DNA of 64,000 nucleotides from the human T2T-CHM13v2.0 reference genome, Homo sapiens, in assembly GCF_009914755.1 (NCBI RefSeq), contig NC_060927.1. One strand, written 5' to 3'. The translations under genes and the position numbers were made by a program. Below the pieces are notes generated by a model. That model made no database searches and was not told where the DNA came from. It was given only the letters and a program-made list of their open reading frames with translations. Of the stretch, positions 12,786-25,250 are shown in pieces. The first letter of the stretch is position 1, and every line of letters begins with the position of its first letter.

Positions 12786-13744
12786 GTAAGGTCAGACAGA
12801 GGGGAGCATCTCTTACCTGAAGTTTTGGGAGCTGCTGAAATCAGAAGAGCCTCCTAGTGAAGGAGAGTGGGGAGAGCTGTAAACAAGGGAGAGACACCCA
12901 GCAGTTCTCTACATTGAAGAGGAGTATGGGATTGAGAGAGTCAAGAGCAGGCTGGTTGAGTCCCTGGAAATTTGTCATGAGTCAGCAGCAATGCCTGGTC
13001 ACCTCATCTTCATTGAGGGGTGGGGTATTGCGTCTGGAAGCGCCACTTGTATCAAAAGTTGATCGTCTGTGAGGGAGAAAATGCAGAAACAAATGGGGGA
13101 ATGCTGTCAAAAGACACCTCATATTTTATTCTCTAATGCTGCTGAGAGAAGGTGGCACCTGAGCTGGATCTTGAAGTTTCTGGGTGTTACCTGGATGAAA
13201 ACAAGTGGAAAGGACAGAGGGGATGCTTGGCAGAGGCGTGAGAGAACAGGACGTATTGCTTCTCTAATAACCCGTGCTGAGGCTGGCATCTGTGAATGCT
13301 AGCATCTCTGAATTTAGCTGGACCATTCTGGAAGGTAATTACATTTTTGGTCTGCATCATCTCTTGGGATAATGAATTTCTATAAGGTTTCCATTCACTG
13401 TGAAAGACATACTTTCTTCTATTTGTCCTACATTTCTTAAGTGCTTCCTAGTTTAATATTACCTGCCTGTTGCTACATACTTTTCCTTCTTTAACTTAAA
13501 TTAACACTGAGCTTCCTTAAAAAAAATCTGAAAATATATTATTACACACACACACAAGTAGAGACAAGACTTTTATTGGGATCCATTTATTGAAATAAAA
13601 TAAAAATTAGCTTACTTAAGGAAGAAATAGAAACTATTTTTACTTGAAATATATTTGGATAGTAAATTTTTTTGCAAAATTTGATACAGTTCAAAAACTG
13701 AAGAACAATCAATTATATTTTCTCTTTGGAAAATAATCATCAAA

Positions 13745-14298
13745 GGATTAAGGCTTAAGAGAAGAGGTCTATCTTATATTTAAATATTAAAATAGATTTT
13801 CTTCAAAAATGTGTCATTCCAGAAATAATCGTGAAAATAAAGATTACCATGGAGCTTACATGGGATTTTGAGTTAATCACCCAAACTAATTAAGCAAAAT
13901 TATCCTAATTTGTTTATTATGTTAATGATCTGAATTAACTTATAGCAATTTTGCATGTATTACTAAAGATTTATTATGTTTCCTACTAAATGACTTAAGA
14001 GCTATAAATCCCATGGTTAAATGTAATTAGTGGAGACATATTTATCGGAAGGGATAATTACATCTGATAAAAGTTCTTCAGTTAGGCTTAATTAAAACAG
14101 ATTATTCCCCCATAAATGAAAAGTAAATATGGTAATTACTGGGTAGATTTTCATGGCAAAAATGAGTATCTCAGCATTTAAATTTTCTAAAAGGGGTGGG
14201 AAAGTAAACTATGTAACTGATTACTTCCCAATAAAGTATGATTAATAATCCCTGGGAAACAAGCATTTTCCAGGAGTAAACATTTTGCTACTTAATTA
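13745..14298. promoter_or_regulatory. Candidate homeodomain-site-rich enhancer
   Basis: TAATTA at 13887, 14024, 14055, 14089, 14133 and 14293; GGATTA/TAATCC at 13745 and 14246; no recognisable repeat. Confidence 0.45.
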
Positions 14299-15224
14299 CT
14301 AAAGGGGGAATTCTGTTGAGGAAAATCTATCATTAACTCAGTTTAAAGTGGACTGTGGCTATTTTTGAACATAATGAACAGTGTTTTAAGGAAATTTCTT
14401 TTTGTTTTTCTTTAGAAGATTATCTCTAGCTCAGCTAAATAGCAGTCTTAGAAAGAAAAATGACTGTTAATCTCTCTAAGACTAAAAAGTTTTCGTAATA
14501 ACCTGGGCTGGACCAGGTTATACATGCACAAAATGTATAAACTCTGAAGGTGGCAGAGCCTGTTCAGGAAACATGAGTACACATGGAGAGATTACACTGT
14601 AAATTGATATTTCAGTTACATAAGTGCATACATGTTAATGAGTAAACCTCTATATACTATGGCAGATTTTAAATTATTTTATATCTAATAGGTACTTTTT
14701 CAATAGCAGCACTAACATTAAAAGACACCATTTTACATTTTGAAAGCGCTTTGAGTCCCTTGTTAGTTCATTAGATCATTTTATCCACCCAGGAAGACAG
14801 ACGAACAGGGGTTATTAGCCTCAGGGAGGCCAGGTACAAGGTCACACCGTTAATCAGTGGACTAGTTAGGACTTGAATTGATATTTTGACCCTGAGTACA
14901 ACCTTCTTTCTCCACTGTCATTAAGGCATAGAGGAGCTCATGAGCATGACAAGAAGATGGGGTTGGTTACATGCTGTTGTAGGTATAAACTACTACATAG
15001 AAAAATCTCATCTGTGGCATGACCAGATGGAAAATGTTGTGTTCACAGTATGGTTTTAGTGTTGAAGCAAATGGTAAAACAAACAAGCCTGGTACAATGG
15101 ATCCCTTTAAAGTGGAGTGGCCGGAATGACCATCTACAGATCAATTGATCAATAGTGTGCATCCGTCTGCGGGAAGAGAGTTTTCAGAAGGATGATGGCA
15201 GATAGACCACCATCTACCCCATTC

Positions 15225-15242
15225 TGCCACTTGGTGGAGCTG
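15225..15242 (+). promoter_or_regulatory. Possible CTCF motif
   Basis: TGCCACTTGGTGGAGCTG versus the consensus CCACCAGGTGGCGC. Confidence 0.35.
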
Positions 15243-16359
15243 AAACTAGCCCCTGGCCATTCTGTTATCCTCACTCTTAGGCTTTTGCCATTTTTAAATA
15301 TGTTCCTTTCTCTGGAGACCTCGGAGCATTATCACAGACAGTATTGCATTTCTCCTTACAATATCCTTTTGCTTTCCAGAGAGCCCAGGTGATTTATCAA
15401 AGTCAGTAGCTATGGCTAATATGCTCTCTGTTCTCCCAAAATTACCTAAATGCCTAAGAAGCTGAGGAAGGACCTATGCTGCTAGAGCTATACAATCAAA
15501 GGCATTTTAGGAAAGATCCCTAGCAGAGGCTCTCATCTTTTGTGCATGGGCTTAAAAGAGGATTTTTCTTCTTTTTTTTTTTTCTCCCCTTCCGCCAACA
15601 AGAATAACTGAATTAATACTTTGAAATGTATACTGAATGCTACATATTAGGCAATTCCATTTTATCAATGTTTATATTTGTTTCAGAGACCTGCTTATGT
15701 CAAAAGATACTGAGTTGTATTGGTCAAATGCAACCGAAGGGCATTTCAGATGTTTTCACTAAATATGGCTTAAATACCACTATAACGCACCCAAAAGGGT
15801 GTCCAAATTCTTTGGACACTTTGAGATTTGAGTAATATTCTTTGTGGTTCCACCACACAGGCCACACTCTGTGACTTGCAGGTCATTTTTAAAACTATAG
15901 ATAGAAACTTTGGCTATATATATAAATATATATATATAATATTTATATATATATATATTTAGAAATGATAACTGAATCCTCAAGATTGCCATAAAAAGTT
16001 TCTAACTGTGCATAAAAGCCATATCAGATTCGATACACCTGAGTGTGTCTCAGGTGAAAACTCAGTGCACGTGAATGGAAACAAACAGGTTTATGACAAA
16101 AATTTATACTTTGAAAATTACCAGTGTGATTTCGAAGACATTCGACTTTAATTACTGATAAGTTATTTGAGGTCAGTGCTGTGTTGGGGAAGGCCTGGTG
16201 AGCGCTTTGGTGGGAAGTAGATGGGTGTACACAAGGACACTCCAGCCCCCATGCCTGTGGCCACATATCAGAGTTTCATGGCATTTTTACAAGAAAAATA
16301 ACTTTATTTATCTAGAAACAATGACAGTTAAACAAGAATCACAACGGGAGTGAATAATC

Positions 16360-16545
16360 ATATCATGATTAAGAATATGAAGTATGGAAGCAGAAGATCT
16401 GAGTTCAAATATGGCTTTTCCAGTACCAGCTGCCTGTCCTTGGGGAAAGTGCCTGAAGTCTTTATGTCTTGTTTTCCTCACCTGAAAAATAGGGGTAATA
16501 TTAGCATCTACCTCATAGGGTTGCGTGTAAGTTAAGCAATTTTAG
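16360..16545 (+). mobile_element. MIR
   Basis: atctgagttcaaat...gttttcctcacctgaaaaatagggg...catctacctcatagggttg. Confidence 0.8.
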
Positions 16546-18166
16546 ATCTTATTATTAATTCAGATAGATTTAGAATCAGATTTATTTACATTTAGATGAC
16601 GTCTATGTGCTCCTGCAAAACTTTTTATTGAAAGATACATGTATCCTTTTTGTCCTTGACCAATACAATATATGCTAAATGAGGTGAAGAGGTTAATTCT
16701 GGAATAGGCTAATTTTGGCTTCAGCCTGAATCTATCTGAGCGGCATTCATTGCCCTGTTACATTACCCTGTTAACCGTGTGGCTTTCATTATTCTGTTAC
16801 TTTACCCTTCTCTATTTGGCTTTCACTCTGAGGGTGGGCAGAGTAGGATATGCCCCTGATAATTTAGTGGTTTCAAAGCATATTAACAGGAGAAATCTGT
16901 GTCCATCAAAGGCTGTTGGTTATGGTCTCCAAACACTAGCCCCAGCTTTGATCTATTTAGCTCTTTTGTTTTCTATTCATTGTTTGCTTTAACATATTTT
17001 GGTTCTGAATTCTAAATGATGAACGCCATTATCCTACAAATAAATAATGTCCTATCTGCTCTACTTTTTCATAGAAGATAAATCAGGTTTTCAAGCCTTT
17101 TTTTGGCTCTTAGACTTTGTCGTTATTAATTTTTGCTATTCCAGAGCACAGTTTGCAGCTTAATTAATGATACATCAGTTCCTTAACTGTTGTCGGTAAC
17201 ATTTTAATATTATCTTCCAATTTGACTAAGTCATCCACTAGTTAAAATCTTAGGTGTGAATAGCTTTAGAGGTCAGAAAGTCCCTTTTTCTTCTTTAATC
17301 ATGAATCATTTCCTGTAACTGCCTTTACATTTCCAAGATACTAGGTAAACCCCACTTCTCCTAGGGAAAAATGCCCAATACTCCTACAGGTTAAGAAACT
17401 TATTTGCTATTCATGAGTTTAAAAATGCATTATGCATTAATTTATTTATCTCTTTAAAGTTCAGCTTCTCTCTCTGGGATGTTTTCTCCCCAAACTAATT
17501 TCTTTAAAACAAAATCCAAATACATAGAGTGTGATCGAATATCACTTATTAGAGAATCCTGACCTCTTGATGTTTTTATTACTTTAGGGTGAATGTGAGG
17601 AGCATATGGATTTTTTTAGCTCTATAATTTCCTCTAAACCAAATGCTTCTACTTTAAATACGAAATTACAGCAGTAACATTCCCTAATGCTAACAGTAGA
17701 GTACATGACGGGGAAGGAATGTGTAATTTGTTAAAAGTAATTCCAGCTGTTTTATTGCCTTCCAATCCAAGATAATTGCACACAAAGATATTCATTTAAA
17801 TTATTGACATTAATTCGCTAACTAGAACTTTAAATAATAACTTCATGCAAAAGAAAACTCAGTGAAGTCCCAGAAATAAACAAGATTTAACAACTCATTG
17901 GAACTGTTTCTACATTATTATAAATCAAGCCTACATTTCTGTAATTTTGGCAGAAACAATTTTCTTTCTGCATAGTATGGAGTTAAATATCCTGTATAGA
18001 TGGGGCTTAATAAGTATATATTTTAGTTCTTATTAAAACAACTACACGGACAACTTTCTTCTTCCCTCTCTATTTTGTTCTTTATATAGTCCATTTCTAG
18101 AACTTGTAAACTGAAACCTTATCATAAAACATTCATTTCAATGGAATCGGTGGTAATTTCATGACA

Positions 18167-18511
18167 CAGCCAACCCTCAGAATCAGCAGGAGACTGGTTC
18201 CAGGACCTCCCTCGGATCCCAAAATCCATGCATACTCAAGTCCCGGATATAAAATGGTGTAGTATTTGCATATAACCTAAGCACATGGGGCTGAGTGTCC
18301 CATATACTTTAAATAATCTCTATATTACTTATAATACCTAATACAATGTTAATGCTATGTGAACAGTTCTTATACTGTATTGTTTAGGGAATAATGACAT
18401 GCAAAAAATGTCTACATTTTCAGTACAGATACAAGTTTTTTCCCAGATCTTTTCAATGGATGATTGGTTGAATCCACGGCAACTGAAGGCATGGATACCG
18501 AGGGCTGACTG
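18167..18511 (+). mobile_element. MER2 (TcMar-Tigger MITE), full length
   Basis: TIRs cagccaaccctc...gagggctgactg followed by TA; 345 bp; reverse-complement homologue at 47110-47464. Confidence 0.88.
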
Positions 18512-18514
18512 TAC

Positions 18515-19240
18515 TTTCATTTATCCCACAAATTCTGAAGCACCTACTATGCCAGGCATTGTCCAGGTGCTGGGATACTCTGCTGCATGAGTCCTCCTTC
18601 CTGCCTTCACAGGGTTCCCTTGTAGTAGAGGCAGACAATAAATCATTACATAAGATCATCTCAGCTAGTGCAGGGATCTGTAGAAATGTGAAGCCAGAGG
18701 CAGGCGGATCACGAGGTCAGGAGACTGAGACCATCCTGGCTAACATGGTGAAACCCTGTCTCTACTAAAAATACAAAAAATTAGCCGGGCGTGGTGGCAG
18801 GCGCCTGTAGTCCCAGCTACTCGGGAGGCTGAGGCAGGAGAATGGCATGAACCCACGAGGCAGAGCTTGCAGCAAGCCGAGATTGGGCCACTGCACTCTA
18901 GCCTGGGCGACAGAGGAAGACTCCGTCTCAAAAAAAAAAAAGAAAGAAAAAAGAAATGTGAAGCCAGGTGACGGGGAATATAGTGGTGGCTGGGCGGTGA
19001 GACCAAAGAGGGACCCTTTCTGAGGAGGTGACATTGAGCCGAATGGTAAGAAAAACCAACCCCTTAGGGGCTGAGTATACTGAGCGCTGAGGTGGGAGCA
19101 GCTTGGTGTGGGTATGCTGGAGGACGAGAGAGAAAGATGGGATGGCTGCAGAGCTGTGAGGAGGGGCAGGAGATGCAGTCAGCAAGGTCGGCTGAGGCCA
19201 GCCCAGGTAGGCTCTGGTCAGGGTCTGGATTTTATTCTAA
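18515..19240 (-). mobile_element. L2 3' region hosting AluY
   Basis: gcacctactatgccaggcattgtccaggtgctgggatac...tctgaggaggtgacattgagc...ggattttattctaagt. Confidence 0.75.
18698..18951 (+). mobile_element. AluY, 5'-truncated, 16-bp TSD
   Basis: Y-type text (ggatcacgaggtcaggaga, catcctggctaac, gagcttgcag); perfect TSD agaaatgtgaagccag at 18682-18697 and 18952-18967. Confidence 0.93.
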
Positions 19241-19242
19241 GT

Positions 19243-19507
19243 ATTTTTGTTGTTGTTGTTGCTGTTATTGTTGTGTTGGGTATTTGGAGGGTTTTCTTTC
19301 TGTTGTTTGTTTTTTTCTTTTTGAGACATGGTCTCGCTCTGTCACCCAGGCTGGAGTGCAGTAGTGAGATCATAGCACACCGCAGCCTTGAACTCCTGGA
19401 CTCAAGCCATCCCCCAACCTCCTCAGCCTCTGGAGTAGCTGGGACCACAGGTGTGCACTACCACACCTGACTAATTTTTTTTTTTTTTGGTAGAGATAGG
19501 GTCTTGC
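19243..19507 (-). mobile_element. AluJ, 5'-truncated, with degenerate (TTG)n tail
   Basis: gagatcatagcacaccgcagccttgaactcctggactcaagc; ends within the left arm at gggtcttgc. Confidence 0.88.
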
Positions 19508-21279
19508 ATGATCTGATTTATCTTTTAAGATCACTCCAGCTTGTAGGTGGAAAATGGAGTTGGTGGGGAGGATGGGTAAGAATGAGAGCAGGGTGTGTAA
19601 GATGGCCTCTAACCAGAGGTTCATTATTAGAATTGTCAGAGCCTCTGCTAAGTGGTTTTATTCGTGGACAGAACTTATTCTGCTTCATGTTCTCTCTTGA
19701 CCTTGGGCTTCAGGATATTGGAGGAGATGATTCCCTCCAGATTTAATATCTTAAAAAGTCTACTCTCTGGACCCCAAGAAATTTCCCCAATGGCTCACCT
19801 GCCTCACTGCCCCACTGCTGGAACATTGAAGGTTCTTAGCTCTGCTGGTGAATTTAGTGGGTGCCTTGTGATACCACAGAGAGGCAGATGGGGGCAGCAG
19901 GAGCCAGAGGTGGAGACAGCGCTGCCTGGGAGGCCAGGGTCACAGGGAGCTGGCAAGAATCATGGCTCCTCCTGGAACATGGAGTTCCTTCCAGAGAGAG
20001 AGAGTGGCTTCGGAGTCCTGGCTTGACTTCATTTCAGAGTAGCAGATATTGTCCACACCAAATGGGAAATGTTTGGAACCTGGAACCTACTTCCTTCTAA
20101 TCTTACTTAGGGTTGCTTAGCTGCAGAGTAATCTGAGAGTTACCCTGACACTAGGATGGGTGGGATATGATTTGAATCAAGTCTGTTTTACCATTATTCC
20201 TGCCTTGACTGTGTGCTTTAATTCTCTGAAAGGAGCGCTTGCCACCATTTAGCCTGGTGAATTCCTTGCAGGCAGAAATGGTGCCATGGTTCATTTCTGA
20301 ATCCCAAAAACTTTCCATAGTTTCTGACATATAAAACCACTGACTATGTGAATGAACCACCATGTCCAATGTAACCAAGCTACAGTGTCTATGGCAGCTA
20401 CCCGAGCAGGGCTTTATTTCATTCTTGTGTCTCAGTTCTATCATGGACCTCCTGTTGTGAACACTCTTCTTCAGAAGATTTGGTCGCTCTCGAAGGTCAG
20501 AACCACCTTCCTGGCTCTGAACCTCCTTTCAGTAACTAAGCCTTAGTAACAGGTTACTGGCTATCCCTCACTCTGCCTGACACTCCAGTGTTTTCTCCCT
20601 TCCCTCTCCTGCTCCCTGGCCAGAAGACTTCTCTTGCACTCTGCCTCTTAATCCCATCAGGAACATGGCAGATAGGTCATGTGAGTCTCTTGGCCCACCA
20701 GGTCAAATGTCTGACCTGGATAGGGTCAGCCAAGCCCCTGGTCCATTGAGTCCAGTCTAACAGCACACCATCTAAAACAGTAAATTCAGTAATAGGGTCA
20801 CAACTTTTAAAATGACATTTCTGTTCAGGCTCCCATAGTGAAGTGACCCTGTAAATTAACAATTTTCTTCAGCCCACCTCCACTGCCCAAGACTGATGAG
20901 TCATATTTATTCTCAACATTAACAGAACTTTTCAAATGGAGGCATCAGAATTCACAACTGAGCTCTGTTCTTTGACCCACGGTTTGTACAGAAAAGAATT
21001 TCATACAAAGACATTCCATAGCTAATTTTCAGTACAGGTCAACGCATGCAATTTCAAGATGCCTTTGTAGTTGAGACTAGGAAGAGCATAGGAAATAAGA
21101 ATAAGGCAGACAGAATTCCCACTGAAGGGTGGTCTCTTGAATTCATCCATGAGAAAGCATTTAACCTCTTGAATTGCAGTGAAAGGACTGGTCAGGGAAT
21201 GAATAAATTGCCCGCACCATGGAAAACCAGGTGGCTGCCTGAACACATAGCAGAAGATCTAATTCAATTTAGCAAGATT

Positions 21280-21510
21280 GTGGAGGGGTTAAGAGCTTAA
21301 GCCCTGAAGACTGAGTCTGGGTTCTTATCGCTGCTAGATGTGTGACCACAGACAGGTCACTGAACCTCATTGTGCCTCAGTTTCCTTGATTATAAAATTG
21401 GGATAATACTAGAACCTTACTTTTAGAATTCTGAGGATTAAATGAGTCAATAATTGAAATTGCTTAAGCACAGAGAGTGGCACAGCAAATGGCAGCCTTG
21501 ATTATTATAA
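21280..21510 (+). mobile_element. MIR
   Basis: ggttaagagc...gtgtgacc...tgtgcctcagtttcctt...gaggattaaatgag. Confidence 0.82.
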
Positions 21511-21514
21511 TCCT

Positions 21515-22000
21515 TACTGTCACTCTTACCATCCCCAGTGCTGTTTCTCTAGACCATGCCGCAGTCATATGTCACCTGGAGTATGGTATTTATTGGGAGG
21601 TAACACTGCAGTAGACTCCTCATTGATTCCTCAGCATCTGCCATTGCCTTACTTAAATCCTCTCTCCTCAGTGTGACCAGAGTGACCTTTTGCTAAAATA
21701 GATCTGATCATGTCACTTCTGAATGAAAACCCTTCAGTAATTGCCCATAACTCAAGGACCAAGTCCATATTTCTTCATCATGTGGCCCTGTTGTTTAAAG
21801 AACCAGTATGTGACTTCATGGTCCTAATTACAATCTCAATGGACTAATTAACTGTGTGATCATTTAATATCTATCTGCTTACTTACACTATGACCTCAAA
21901 AACCTAGTGGGGAAAGAGTTTGCTGTTCCAACCCTGGTGCCTAGCACAGTGCCTGTCACATGATGGGTACCTAGTAAATATTTGCTGAGCTATTGACTAA
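21515..22000 (+). mobile_element. L2 fragment
   Basis: atctgatcatgtcactt...ggtgcctagcacagtgcctgtcacatga...taaatatttgctga. Confidence 0.7.
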
Positions 22001-22397
22001 GTATAAAGAAGATTTGTGAATGGATGGGCATGAATAAGTATAAAGAGAGTATAAGAGCAACTTTGATGTATTGCACAATGGAAGTTTTCCTTATACATGT
22101 GCTTCATGGTTTTGATGTAAACTCTTATTTGAATTCTTTTTATTTATCACACAATGGGGGCAGAATGGAGAGAAAATACAGAAAGATAGAAGAAAAGAAT
22201 AGTCACGGGAGAAAATTTAGCTATTAAAAATCATGACATAATTCCATCTTAATATTTAGAGGACATGGTTTTGAGAAGCAAGTGTTAGAAGGTTTTGTTT
22301 TGATTTTACCAAGTTTCCAACGTACTTTAAGTTTCGGTTCTGTCAATGACATTTTATAGTGAAGGCATAGTGAAGGCATTTTCTTTAATTTTCTACA

Positions 22398-22731
<334 letters not shown>

Positions 22732-23342
22732 TAAGTAGAGGAAAACATTAGACCAAATTATTATCATTTTTTTTTGCCACAGTTTAAGAACCAATACCCT
22801 CTTCCTAGAGAGTATAACACATTACTCAATTTTGCCTTTTATTTGTATGTTAGGCTTTTACCTAATAAATAAGTGATATCCATTAATTCATTTATTCACT
22901 AATTCATTTATTTCACAAAGATTTACTGAGTGCCTAATGGTCCAACCACTGTGTTAGGTTGGGTTAAACTTTCATCAAGTGCAAAACAGATTTTAGTGGA
23001 TAACACGTGCTTACTTATAGCTGTTTTAGTAACTATTTTTTTGCTATAAATAAATGTACAGCAACTTTTAAACCCCCTATTCTCTCTTAATACATACTTT
23101 ACAATTTAAATTGACCACAATATTCCATGTGTATGTACATATATATGTAAGTTTGTGTGTTAGGGTGGGACTGGGAAAGACTGGAAGCAATGTCGGTTTC
23201 CTCTTTGAAGTGGAAATATTTATAAGGTACACTGCTTAGCGGTGTCACTGATGACTGCACTGTCCAGAGTAGCATAAAGTACAGCTGCTCCCTTCCCCTT
23301 GAATAATTTCCTGAGAGAAAGAGCTAACTCAATTTCTTTCAG

Positions 23343-23384
23343 CTATAATCCTTTGGACACAGATATGCTGAAATTTGAGATTTT
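23343..23384 (+). other. Candidate 42-nt frame-preserving exon
   Basis: gCTAACtcaatttctttcag|...tttt|GTAAGT; one open frame YNPLDTDMLKFEI. Confidence 0.3.
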
Positions 23385-24557
23385 GTAAGTTTGGAAAGAG
23401 TGGGCAAATTAATTGCTCTTGCCTTCAGTACTTGAGAAAACCCTCAAGTGCATAATGCAGACTTTTGATCCAGAATGAACGATGCTTAAATCCATCATTT
23501 CAATGTTACAGCTGTCTCTGGACTACTTGTGCAGCCTCAAGTCTTGATTACTTCAGGTGGTGCTGAGCTGAATTATCCCCTTGCTAGTGAGGTAGTTTCT
23601 TGCTTGAACACATGTTGGAAATTGTGAATTTTCCTTCTCCCCATATTCCCTAGCCTTGTCCTCCAGTGTAACTTAATGGTTGGATTTAATAGGATTTAGT
23701 TCAAGCAGATTGTTTGACAAGCACCCAAAAGAGATAACGGGCATCTTGTGAAGAGTATTGTGGAGTGAAGAAATTGAGGGAGTGAATTTTCAATAGGTAA
23801 CGCTGTGACTATAGATTGTCCCACCTTCATTCCAACTCAACAGCACAGTCAAGTCCTGGACGGGGCAGAGTGCCATGATTGACACTCTTTAGCATGCCTG
23901 AGAATCTTCTGCGGAACTTGTTGGAACAGATTAATGACATCACTCCAACCCTCTGCTCAAAGATACAGCTTTCCTAGGTCAGGACTGGGATCAGGACTCT
24001 GGCAAGCAGGCATCCCACGAGTTTCTAATGCATGTGCTACACTTTAAGAAGCATACTTAGAAGTCATTTTCTAAGTTCCCTGGGCCACCAGAAATCTGCC
24101 TAACTAAACCTCGCCAGCTTAGATTTCTGTAGAAAGGTCTTTGAGTTATGTTTGAATGGCCTGTCCTTGGTCTTATTGACGGACCTTTCTAAGAAATGGC
24201 CACATAATGTATGTCTGTGCGTCTTCTGAATCGTCTGTCGGAGATGTTGTTTATTTCATGATTCCTTGGATAAAAATCTAGTGAGATGGTTTCAGACGGG
24301 GCCCTGTGGAACCTCAGGGTTCCTGGACCTGCTTCAGGGGTTCTACAAATTACAAAATATTTTCAACCCGAGGAGAGTTATTCAAATTGCCTAAAGAACC
24401 CTACATTGTCTTTTTCTCTTTTATATATCAAATTTCAGAATAAGATTTCCTTTAAACAAACAGGGAATACTATTTTGCTATAAGTTTTTAAATTGTTGGT
24501 GTATAGTGATTTAATCCAAGCATGGGGGGTGTTTTCCTAAAGGTAGCTTATTTTATA

Positions 24558-24560
<3 letters not shown>

Positions 24561-24603
<43 letters not shown>

Positions 24604-24920
24604 AAAATAAATACATATTTATATATTAAAATAAATATATATTTATATGGTTTTAATATAAATATATAAAAATATTTTAGTATATAAATATATATACACA
24701 TTATAAAATAAACTATATACAGTATATATTGTGTGTATGTAGATATAACATATAGATATATTATGTATATACATTATAAAATAAACTACTTTTAGGGTAT
24801 ATATCATATATATGAATATATATAATATATATACATGCATATATAAAAATTCATGTATCAATATGCTATATTTATACATCTACTCATATATACACATATA
24901 TGTATGCATATAACATATTT
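24561..24920. repeat. (TG)19 microsatellite followed by (TA)-rich low-complexity tract
   Basis: Read directly from the sequence. Confidence 0.92.
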
Positions 24921-25019
24921 CCCTTTTGGCTTTGGTTGTCAGGAAGCAGATGACAGTGATGGGCACCCCACCCCCTCACTTTCTCTTTTGATGCGCTCTC
25001 ATTTGAGGTCATATGAAAG

Positions 25020-25250
25020 TGCAGGAGAGTGGTTAAGAATATGGACTTTAGAACCAGATCCAAAGATTCAAATATTGGCTCTACCATTACTGGTTTGTGA
25101 CCTTAGGCATCTCACCTACCCTTTCTGTCCCTCAGTTTTCAAATTTGTAAACCTGGGATAGTAGTCATATCCTTCACAGGATTATTGTCAGAACTAAATG
25201 AAATAATACCTGTACGGAGCTTAGAACATAGGGCCTGGTACATGGCTATC
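25020..25250 (+). mobile_element. MIR (a second, opposite-strand MIR follows at about 25280-25450)
   Basis: gtggttaagaatatggactttagaaccaga...tgtgaccttaggca...cctcagttttc. Confidence 0.8.

Noticed and set aside
15799-15819. 9-bp hairpin GTGTCCAAA-ttc-TTTGGACAC, and 10-mers shared with 23351-23383
   Set aside because: Short and isolated; plausible by chance in 64 kb.
23588-23601. TGAGGTAGTTTCTT resembling the let-7/miR-196 5' end
   Set aside because: The match is only 9-10 nt and I see no complementary arm for a pre-miRNA hairpin.
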